From the NCBI GenBank assembly GCA_965248265.1, contig CBDFJF010000002.1, positions 3,232,001 to 3,296,000 on the forward strand: a stretch of DNA of 64,000 nt. Direction: 5' to 3'. A program made the translations under genes and the position numbers. The DNA comes from Candidatus Latescibacterota bacterium. GTDB lineage: Bacteria > Latescibacterota > UBA2968 > UBA8231. The stretch's first letter is position 1, and the number at the start of each line of letters is the position of its first letter. The notes beneath the pieces are model-generated. The model was not told the origin of the DNA. It made no database searches and was given only the letters and a program-made list of their open reading frames with translations. Of the stretch, positions 10,074 to 17,775 are shown one piece after another.

Positions 10074-10958
10074 TCAACTGGCGCTTTGTTCGAGAGCTTG
10101 TTGCAGGTAGGTGGCGTAGTCACACGTGGGCAACTGGTCAATGATGGCCTGCAACTGGGACTTGTTGATGTATCCCTGATTGAAGGCGATTTCTTCCAGA
10201 CAGGCGATTTTCAATCCCTGTCTTTTTTCGATGGCCTCGATGAAGGCATTGGCCTCTTGCAGGCTGGAGGGTGTTCCCGTGTCTAGCCACGCGATACCGC
10301 GACCCAATTTCGACACCCGCAGTTCATCCCGTTCCAGGTAGGCGCGGTTGACGTCGGTGATCTCGAACTCTCCACGAGCCGACGGCTTGAGTGATTTGCT
10401 GATATCGATGACTTCATTGCCGTAGACGTACAACCCCGGAACGGCGTAGTTCGATTTCGGGGCAGTCGGTTTCTCTTCGATGCTGAGAACGGCTCCCGCA
10501 TGGTCAAACTCGATGACACCGAACTCTTCAGGATTGCTGACGTAGTAGCCGAATATCAACCCTCCTCCGGGAAAATTCCCGACCACACCGGCGAATCCGT
10601 CGTTGTCGTAGAAAAAATCACCGTAGAAGATGTTGTCTCCCAGGATCATGGTAACGGAGCCGTCACCGATGAATTCTTCGGCCAACAGAAAGGCCTGGGC
10701 GATCCCCCGAGGCTCTTCCTGGACGACATAGGTGAAGGAGATGCCCAGATCGCTTCCGTCCCCGAGGAAGTCTTCGAACAGGGGCAGATCACGGGGGGTC
10801 GAGATGATGCAGATTTCGGTGATGCCACCCAGCATGAGGGTCGCCAGGGGATAGCAGATCATCGGTTTGTCGTAAACGGGGAGCAGCTGTTTGCAGACGA
10901 TACGGGACAGGGGAAACAGCCTCGAGCCGGTTCCTCCTGCCAGGATGATACCTTTCAT
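10074..10958 (-). CDS. rfbA: Glucose-1-phosphate thymidylyltransferase
   Basis: MKGIILAGGTGSRLFP, KQLLPVYDKPMI, ILGDNIF, EKP, RGEFEITD, WLDTGT. Confidence 0.95.
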   Translation of the reverse strand: MKGIILAGGTGSRLFPLSRIVCKQLLPVYDKPMICYPLATLMLGGITEICIISTPRDLPLFEDFLGDGSDLGISFTYVVQEEPRGIAQAFLLAEEFIGDGSVTMILGDNIFYGDFFYDNDGFAGVVGNFPGGGLIFGYYVSNPEEFGVIEFDHAGAVLSIEEKPTAPKSNYAVPGLYVYGNEVIDISKSLKPSARGEFEITDVNRAYLERDELRVSKLGRGIAWLDTGTPSSLQEANAFIEAIEKRQGLKIACLEEIAFNQGYINKSQLQAIIDQLPTCDYATYLQQALEQSAS

Positions 10959-11167
10959 AGGCCTTTCGCCATGAGGTGGGGGACGACGGTCGCGGTTGGA
11001 GTGTTGGTGGTGAAAGCGGGCAAGGTACGGGAGATCCTTGGGGGCGGCAAGAGCGAGCGGATCAAGGGGTGACAACATCAAACCGCATTGTATATTTTAT
11101 CCTACAACAATTTGGCCTCGCTCATGAAGCATCGCCCGCGTACGGCTGCATCATCGAAGTGAACCTA

Positions 11168-11330
11168 TTGCCCTGTCACGAAAGTACTCTTGTATTCGAC
11201 CGCCGATTTCATCCCGACCTGCGGCGTCGCGCTCAATCGGCATGTCCTACCGATATGCCTTTCTCGCGCGCCTTGCAGGCCGGGCGACTCGGGACCCTCA
11301 TTTCACAAGCCTACTTCTGTGACAGGGCAC
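11168..11330. mobile_element. Putative MITE, 163 bp, about 25-bp imperfect terminal inverted repeats, TA on both flanks
   Basis: Left TA|tTGCCCTGTCACgaAAGTActCTTGT; right end reverse-complemented TA|gTGCCCTGTCACagAAGTAggCTTGT; no transposase inside. Confidence 0.6.
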
Positions 11331-11358
11331 TATACGTGAATCCTGGATGTAGCGATCC

Positions 11359-11796
11359 TTGACGTCGACTACCAAGACAGTTGCCAGCGTGGTCCTCAGC
11401 GCATTGGTGGTGGGTGCACTCGTGCACTGTGATGACTCCGCTGATGATGAAGAGTTTCACGGTCCCGCAGCCGGGTTCGTCAAAACGGCCGAGATTCGGC
11501 AGGGACGCCGGCTGTACATGACCAGCGGATGTCCGCTGTGTCACGGCAAACAGGGCCGCGGTGATGGTGCGTTGGCGGGCAAATACAATCCCAGGCCGAC
11601 TGACCTGACCAATCCTGAGGCCTTCAGAGGCCGCAGCGATGTAGAGACGCTGGCCAGGGTGATTCGGGACGGCTTTGGGGACAAGGACAACCTGACGATG
11701 CCGGCGTATCCGCACCTCTCGGACAAGGACCGCCGCCGTATCGCTCACTTCATTCGCTCGCAATTCAGCAATGAAGGCAAATCAGACACGGACTAG
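11359..11796 (+). CDS. Monoheme c-type cytochrome, exported (possible lipoprotein)
   Basis: Hydrophobic N-terminus ending in Cys; CPLCHG..GRGDG..PRPTDLT..MPAY (distal Met); start codon uncertain. Confidence 0.8.
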   Translation: MTSTTKTVASVVLSALVVGALVHCDDSADDEEFHGPAAGFVKTAEIRQGRRLYMTSGCPLCHGKQGRGDGALAGKYNPRPTDLTNPEAFRGRSDVETLARVIRDGFGDKDNLTMPAYPHLSDKDRRRIAHFIRSQFSNEGKSDTD

Positions 11797-11822
11797 AAGC
11801 GCAGGAAAGTGAAGGGGTTCTC

Positions 11823-12914
11823 ATGAGCAGAGGGGTATTCGGTTCTTTCTTGATGGCAGTCGTCGTCGCCATGGTGTCCCCAGTACTGGGCCACCAGATG
11901 AACACCAGTTACACCAGTGTTGCAGCGACAGAGGATCGGCTACAGGTGACAGTCACGTTGGATGAGGCGGATCTGTTGGCCTTCTTTGACCTGGATGGCA
12001 ATGATGACGGCGTGATCTGGTATGGAGAAATGAAGAGCGGTGCGGCCCCGGTGTTCGATTATGTCGAAGAGCGCACCTGGATCCTCATCGACGGTGAGGC
12101 CCTGGCCCTTACCAGGGGAGATGCCGAACCCCGGTTGGACAAGAAGGGTACCCTTCTCCTCGACTTGCGGTTCGAGGGCCCGATATCGGGACTGCCGGCA
12201 GTGATCGAGGTGCACACAGCCGTGTTCGAGCGCCTGAGCCCCGACCACCGGAACCTGGTCGATGTCTCAGCGCCCCAATTGGAGCCTCAGGTCGCCGTGC
12301 TTTCTAGGGAAGTGGCGAAACAGCGATTCGTTTTGCGTGAGCCCGGAGTACTGGAACGCGTCGGCCAGTTCACGTGGTGGGGAGTAGAGCACATTTTCAT
12401 CGGCTACGATCACATCATGTTCCTGCTAGCGCTGATCATCATCGGGGGCAGTCTGCGGGGATTGGTGAAGATCGTTTCGGCTTTCACCGTAGCCCACAGT
12501 ATCACCTTGATCTTGGCGGCGCTCGAGGTCGTCGTGTTGCCCGGCCGTTTGGTCGAGTCGGGCATCGCTCTGAGTATCGCCTACGTGGCGCTGGAGAATT
12601 TCTGGGTCAAGGATGCCGGTCATCGGTGGATGCTCACGTTCTTCTTCGGTCTCGTCCATGGATTCGGTTTCGCCAACGTGCTCCTGGATCTGGGCTTGCC
12701 GTCGAAGGGGTTGATCGCGTCCCTGCTCGCCTTCAACGTCGGTGTCGAACTGGGACAGGTAGCCATCGTCTCGATCCTGTTCCCGCTGCTATACGCGCTG
12801 CGACGGACCCTGCATCGACAGAAGATCGTGTGGCTGGTTTCCGCGATCGTGTTCCTGTTCGGCATAGGATGGTTGATTGAGCGAGTCCTGGACCTGTCCT
12901 ACATGCCCTTTTGA
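11823..12914 (+). CDS. HupE/UreJ-family membrane protein with N-terminal periplasmic domain
   Basis: GVEHIFIGYDHIMFL, SAFTVAHSITL, FGLVHGFGFA, FNVGVELGQ. Confidence 0.88.
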   Translation: MSRGVFGSFLMAVVVAMVSPVLGHQMNTSYTSVAATEDRLQVTVTLDEADLLAFFDLDGNDDGVIWYGEMKSGAAPVFDYVEERTWILIDGEALALTRGDAEPRLDKKGTLLLDLRFEGPISGLPAVIEVHTAVFERLSPDHRNLVDVSAPQLEPQVAVLSREVAKQRFVLREPGVLERVGQFTWWGVEHIFIGYDHIMFLLALIIIGGSLRGLVKIVSAFTVAHSITLILAALEVVVLPGRLVESGIALSIAYVALENFWVKDAGHRWMLTFFFGLVHGFGFANVLLDLGLPSKGLIASLLAFNVGVELGQVAIVSILFPLLYALRRTLHRQKIVWLVSAIVFLFGIGWLIERVLDLSYMPF

Positions 12915-12929
12915 GCCCGGGAGCCAGGC

Positions 12930-14249
12930 TCAGTCGTCCGGCTCAGATCGTTCAGGTGAGGGTGTGGGTGGGGCATGGGCGCCAATACCGCCGACTTCCA
13001 GAATCTGGTGCTCGTACACTTGCCTGACGATATCTTTTTCTGCCGCAGAGGTGAGTTCTTCGAACTTAAGCTTCACGACGGTCGAGGTCCCTCTGCCTTT
13101 CTGCTCCCCGACAGCCGTACAGACGATGGCCGCCAGCGGAAACGAACCTCTGAAGTCGGGATCCACAAGCCATCGCTGAGAGCCGGTGGGCAAGCCCTCA
13201 TCGAACAGTACGCCCATGCCGCCTGCACTGATATTGACGGCCTGGCCGTGGATCGGACGGGACTTGTCCAGTGGTTGTTGGGATCCGCCAGGTTCCGATT
13301 CCTTCGCATCCACTGAAGCGTCAAGTGCCTCCCATCCTCCTTCAGAGGCGTCTGGGACGCCGTCGGCACCATCGAGGTCAGCCGCTTCTGTGTCACCATC
13401 ATTGTCCAACAGGGCCACAGCGGCCTGTGCCTGTTCCGCCGGCCCTGCATCCTCGGGCTCGGGGGACTCCTCCAGTTGGTACAGCGTGATCGGGAAGTGT
13501 ACGTTGACGCGCACGAAGTCTCGTTGTTGCAGCCGTTCCACCTCCCCCGTGTGCCGGAGTATCAGGGCGGATTCGGCACCCAGGTCGATGATGCGGGTGT
13601 CAAAGCGATACTCGGTATCTCCGTCTCGCCAGAACCGGATGGACATCTCATCACCTGGGCGAAACTGTGACGGAACCTCGTGATCCCGCTCTCTGAGCAG
13701 GGGGCTCATCGTCAGCGACGCCTCATCGCGATCGACCAGAATCCAGGGGGTGAAGCCCTCCTTGTGATCATCGGATTCCCACACCAGAAGGGTCTGTCCC
13801 TTCTCCACCTGCCGGGTCGAAGTCAGGGCCTGCGCCAAGGATATTTCGTCGAAACCAAGAGCCTGCCGGATTTCAGCGATGCGTGACAGATCGCGGTGCT
13901 CTAAATTCTTGGCGGCAAGGTCGGTGGCATGGTCGCCAACGTGACGCTCGAAGAACGAGGCGGAGGATAGCAAACGGCGGGGATTCTTCAAGTGCAGGCG
14001 ACGGCTGATCAATCGGATGAACTCGATCTGCCCGGATTTCAATCCCAACTCGCGGCCTAGTTGCACGAACAGATTCTCCTGTTCGCGATGTTGGCGGTAC
14101 CGCCGAGTCAGGTAGAGGATGACGATGAGGACCAGGCCGATGCCGAGCAGATAGAACACGGTCTGACTGAACAGAGTCGGTTCCGCGCTTCGAGGGCGAA
14201 GCAGCGGCAGGATCTCGCGGATGCGATCGTTATCTATGCCTGCCAGCAT
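12930..14249 (-). CDS. Membrane-anchored PilZ-domain (YcgR/flagellar brake-like) c-di-GMP effector
   Basis: N-terminal TM; QQRDFVRV (RxxxR) and NISAGG (D/NxSxxG) motifs separated by a long acidic insertion; start uncertain (14276 or 14249). Confidence 0.8.
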   Translation of the reverse strand: MLAGIDNDRIREILPLLRPRSAEPTLFSQTVFYLLGIGLVLIVILYLTRRYRQHREQENLFVQLGRELGLKSGQIEFIRLISRRLHLKNPRRLLSSASFFERHVGDHATDLAAKNLEHRDLSRIAEIRQALGFDEISLAQALTSTRQVEKGQTLLVWESDDHKEGFTPWILVDRDEASLTMSPLLRERDHEVPSQFRPGDEMSIRFWRDGDTEYRFDTRIIDLGAESALILRHTGEVERLQQRDFVRVNVHFPITLYQLEESPEPEDAGPAEQAQAAVALLDNDGDTEAADLDGADGVPDASEGGWEALDASVDAKESEPGGSQQPLDKSRPIHGQAVNISAGGMGVLFDEGLPTGSQRWLVDPDFRGSFPLAAIVCTAVGEQKGRGTSTVVKLKFEELTSAAEKDIVRQVYEHQILEVGGIGAHAPPTPSPERSEPDD

Positions 14250-15168
14250 TGGAACGTCGCAAGGCTTCGGTTTCAATGGCGGTCGGAATCGAACTCATGG
14301 CGCCAGCACGGGTGACGGACAGGGCAGCCGCTGCGGCGGCGATCTCGAGTGCTTCCGGTGTGGAGTCGCCGACAGACAAGGCGGCAACGAAATACCCGAT
14401 GAAGGTATCGCCGGCCCCGGTGGAGTCCACCACTCGGTCCACCGGGACAGGCTCGACGACGACCGGATCCGCCTGCCCTTCTCCAGCAACGAACACGGCC
14501 CCCGCTGAGCCGAGGGTGATCACCAACTCCGTTTCCGGAAGCCGTGATCGAAGGTCCCCGACCATCTGCTCGAGGGTCGCTTTCTCTTCATCCACTCCGA
14601 TCAACAGTGCGGCCTCCGACTGGTTGACGAACAGCAGACTCGCCTGGTGCAGGGGGAGGTACTCCAGTATTCCAGAGGAAGCTGGAGCAGGATTGACGCA
14701 GACCCGCAACCCCTTTCTGCACCCTTCCTTAATAAGATACGGTATTTCGCTTATCTCATTCTGCAGCAATAAGAAATCACCAGGTTGGAAGTTCTCGAGC
14801 ACCGCTTCGATCTGGCTCTTCCTGATGTTGTGATTGCACCCGGGAAACACTACGATCGAGTTCTCGCCACGGGCGTCTACCTGGATGATGGCATGGCCGC
14901 CGGGGGTTTCCTCATCAACGACGATGTGAGTGACATCAACGCCGCGCTTTTCCAGTTCCAGCGCCAGCCAACGCCCTTCAGGGCCAACGCGGCCGCAGTG
15001 ATAGACTCGCGCGCCGGCAGCGGCCAGCGCGGCAGACTGGTTGGCTCCTTTTCCTCCGGCGAATACTTCGTATGAAGCGCTGGCCAGAGTCTCACCGGGC
15101 CGGGCGACGTGATCTACATGATAGACGTGGTCAATGTTCAGAGAGCCGATGTTCAGGACGCTATACAT
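14230..15168 (-). CDS. rbsK: Ribokinase (PfkB family)
   Basis: GSLNID, GGKGANQ, LLQNEI, VDSTGAGDTFIG. Confidence 0.9.
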   Translation of the reverse strand: MYSVLNIGSLNIDHVYHVDHVARPGETLASASYEVFAGGKGANQSAALAAAGARVYHCGRVGPEGRWLALELEKRGVDVTHIVVDEETPGGHAIIQVDARGENSIVVFPGCNHNIRKSQIEAVLENFQPGDFLLLQNEISEIPYLIKEGCRKGLRVCVNPAPASSGILEYLPLHQASLLFVNQSEAALLIGVDEEKATLEQMVGDLRSRLPETELVITLGSAGAVFVAGEGQADPVVVEPVPVDRVVDSTGAGDTFIGYFVAALSVGDSTPEALEIAAAAAALSVTRAGAMSSIPTAIETEALRRSNAGRHR

Positions 15169-15236
15169 CAGCGTTGGACGCTACACATCAGCGTTGGACG
15201 CTACGCATCAGCGTTGGTGCGCTACACATCAGCGCT
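15156..15236. repeat. 20-bp tandem repeat (about 4 copies) overlapping the rbsK start codon
   Basis: ggacgctatacatcagcgtt / ggacgctacacatcagcgtt / ggacgctacgcatcagcgtt / ggtgcgctacacatcagcgct. Confidence 0.92.
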
Positions 15237-15256
15237 GGAGACGCAGGCCGTCAGCG

Positions 15257-16000
15257 TCAGGGGCGCTGGACATCAGCCAGGGCTTGCTTGGCTGCCCCTT
15301 CCATCAACCGGAAGTCGCTGCCCAAATCAATGAAGGAAAAGCCTTCGCGGATTCGCTGACGGGCGGCGGCGGCGTCGGGTACGGGAATTCCGGAGGGTTT
15401 TCCGGCGCGTTCGCTTCCCTCGCGCAGACGCTGGAGTGCGGCCTCGTGGTCCGGGTCGCCGGCGGCCACGCCCATCGACAGGGCCAAATCTCCTGGTCCC
15501 AGAAAGACAATGTCTACCCCTTCCACATTGCCGATGGCCTCCGCGTTGTCGATGCCTTCGAGGTCTTCGATCTGCGGGATGCACAGGACGGCGTCGTTGA
15601 AGGTACTCCGATAGTCAGATCCCAAGGTCACGCATCGGCCGGTGCCGGCCGAACGAGTACCCTGGGGTGGAAAGCGCATGGCGCGGGAGAGCTCCTCTGC
15701 CTGCTCCGGTGTGCTGACATGAGGATAGACGATACCCCAGGCTCCAGCGTCGAGGACGCGAGCCGTCGTCACCGGGTCGTGGTCCCACACGCGCACCAGA
15801 GGCAAGGCTCCGCGGGCCTCAATGGCTCTGAGGCTGTGAGCGATTGAGCTGATGTCGTAAGGGGCATGCTCGGCGTCGACGACGAGCCAGCTGAAACCGA
15901 CGGAGGCCATCACCTCGGCAGCCATGGGTGATTCGAGGTTGAGCCAGGATCCTATGGAGGGTTTGCCAGACGCCAGTCTCTCTTTGATCGGATTATTCAA
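15257..16000 (-). CDS. HpcH/HpaI (GarL/RhmA-like) class II aldolase
   Basis: WLVVDAEH, LDAGAWGIVYPHV, FPPQGTRS, PQIE, FLGPGDL; probable TTG start at 16000 after AGGAAGG. Confidence 0.88.
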   Translation of the reverse strand: MNNPIKERLASGKPSIGSWLNLESPMAAEVMASVGFSWLVVDAEHAPYDISSIAHSLRAIEARGALPLVRVWDHDPVTTARVLDAGAWGIVYPHVSTPEQAEELSRAMRFPPQGTRSAGTGRCVTLGSDYRSTFNDAVLCIPQIEDLEGIDNAEAIGNVEGVDIVFLGPGDLALSMGVAAGDPDHEAALQRLREGSERAGKPSGIPVPDAAAARQRIREGFSFIDLGSDFRLMEGAAKQALADVQRP

Positions 16001-16065
16001 TTCCGCTGTGCCTTCCTGTGTGTTCGGCAACGGTGTGGCGTGAGCCGAGGGGTGGTGACGGGCGA

Positions 16066-17202
16066 TCAACCCGCGGCGATAAGCAGGTCGACTTCATGCC
16101 GGAGCCGAGTCAGGACTTCGTCATAGCCGAATTGACCGACCAACTCCGTCCCTTTCTTCAGGTTGACGAAGTTCGGGGCGCACCAGAGTCCGAGATCGGC
16201 ATCATCGGTTTCACCCGGTCCGTTCACCCTGCATCCCATGACCGCTATCGTGAGATTGTGCTTCTTGGCGTAGTCGGTCGTCTCGCGAACTTTGTGAGCC
16301 AGCTCGACGAAGGCGTCATTTTCAACGCGCGAGCAAGAAGGGCAGGATATGATGTTGAGTCCGTCGGCCTCGAACCTGGGCACCGAGCGGAAGCGGCCGG
16401 CGCTGATGTCATCGATGATCTGTCTGCCGACCGTGATTTCCTCTCCTTTGTCGTCGAAAGGCACGGTGAGCGATACCCGGATGGTGTCGCCGATTCCCTT
16501 GGACAACAGCTGTTCGAAGGCCACCCGCGTCTTGATGATGCCATCAGGCGGCATTCCCGCCTCCGTCACACCCAGATGCAGGGGCACGTCCGGCCGTTGC
16601 GCGGCGAAGCGCTGGTTGGCTTCCACCACCTTGTTGGGATCGGAGTCTTTGAGAGATACGCAGTAGCGGTGGAAGCCAAGGCGGTCGAGGATATCACAAT
16701 GCTCGAGTGCCGAGGCCAACATTGGCGAGATGGAATCATCAGGATCGAACTGACTGAGCTTCTCGGGGTCGACGGAACCGCAATTCACCCCGATGCGAAT
16801 GGCACAGTCGTGATCGACGGCCTGACTCGCGATGAAGGCGACCTTGTCTTCGGTCGGCCGCTCCTTCTCGTGATGATAGAGGTGACCGGGATTGTAGCGG
16901 ATCTTGTCGACGAACGGTGCCACGTGCTCGGCGAGGCGGTAGTTCTCCTGCAGGTCGACGGACAACGGTGCGGTCGCCTGCGCGCTCACCTGAGCCAGGC
17001 ATTCGACATCCTTGCGGCTGTCCACGGCAATGCGGATGACGTCGGCGCCGGCCTCTTCGAGAAGCTGCACTTGACGGGCTGTCGCCGCCACATCCTGTGT
17101 CCTCGTCGCCGCCATGCTCTGCACCGCGATCGGGTGTTGGGCCCCGATTTCCAGGTTGCCGATGCGGACGGCTCGGGTCGGATTTCGCTTAATCGAAGGC
17201 AT
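16066..17202 (-). CDS. ispG: (E)-4-hydroxy-3-methylbut-2-enyl-diphosphate synthase
   Basis: [51 protein letters not shown]. Confidence 0.95.
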   Translation of the reverse strand: MPSIKRNPTRAVRIGNLEIGAQHPIAVQSMAATRTQDVAATARQVQLLEEAGADVIRIAVDSRKDVECLAQVSAQATAPLSVDLQENYRLAEHVAPFVDKIRYNPGHLYHHEKERPTEDKVAFIASQAVDHDCAIRIGVNCGSVDPEKLSQFDPDDSISPMLASALEHCDILDRLGFHRYCVSLKDSDPNKVVEANQRFAAQRPDVPLHLGVTEAGMPPDGIIKTRVAFEQLLSKGIGDTIRVSLTVPFDDKGEEITVGRQIIDDISAGRFRSVPRFEADGLNIISCPSCSRVENDAFVELAHKVRETTDYAKKHNLTIAVMGCRVNGPGETDDADLGLWCAPNFVNLKKGTELVGQFGYDEVLTRLRHEVDLLIAAG

Positions 17203-17265
17203 GTCAGTTTGAGCGCGTGGGTGGGTGGTCAGGGACGGAGCGCGGCGCCAGCGGGGGAAGGCAGT

Positions 17266-17556
17266 TTATTCCTCGTCAGGAAACCAGTCGCCAATCTGTT
17301 GCCGTACCGCTCGTGCCTGTGTGGGGCTGGAAATCTCAAACTTGCTGCGTTGCAGGTAGGTGCCTTCCCGCTTCTGGTAGCGGCGAATGGAGACCTTGTG
17401 CGGGCCATAGTCCCCGCTTTTGCGATTAAGATCCTGGTACAGGAACATGATCGTCGTCCACGAACCCTTGGTCAGGACCTCTTTGTCCAGCTGTTTGCGT
17501 AAGACCTGTCCGTCCTCTTCGTAGTGAATCGTCAGCTCATCGATCGTTTCGGCCAT
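17266..17556 (-). CDS. Hypothetical protein (96 aa) upstream of ispG
   Basis: Protein-like beta-rich sequence LTKGSWTTIMFLYQD..VSIRRYQK..QRSKFEIS; function unknown. Confidence 0.75.
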   Translation of the reverse strand: MAETIDELTIHYEEDGQVLRKQLDKEVLTKGSWTTIMFLYQDLNRKSGDYGPHKVSIRRYQKREGTYLQRSKFEISSPTQARAVRQQIGDWFPDEE

Positions 17557-17716
17557 GACAAACCAGTTGGTATGGTCAAACGTAGGGCGCCACGTAACGG
17601 CGCAAGGCACTACATCACGATGGGTGGGACTGCCTCAGCTAATAAACGGCAACGTGGATGGTCTGGCAACCATCGTGATCGATCCAACAACCGCTCCAGC
17701 GACTGCTTCGACCCGG

Positions 17717-17748
17717 TTGACGGGCGTTCTGGCAGCTGAGTATACTCA
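17717..17748 (+). promoter_or_regulatory. sigma70-type promoter of the IOR gene with an overlapping 12-bp palindrome
   Basis: TTGACG-18 nt-TATACT; palindrome TGAGTATACTCA (17737-17748) covers the -10 box. Confidence 0.55.
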
Positions 17749-17775
17749 TTACAACTGCATAAAAAACTGAGAGAT

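Noticed and set aside
15156-15236. Possible CRISPR array
   Set aside because: Units are head-to-tail with no unique spacers, and no cas genes are in the window.
16018-17502. 494-aa plus-strand ORF
   Set aside because: Antisense shadow of ispG; typical of GC-rich codon bias and has no motifs.
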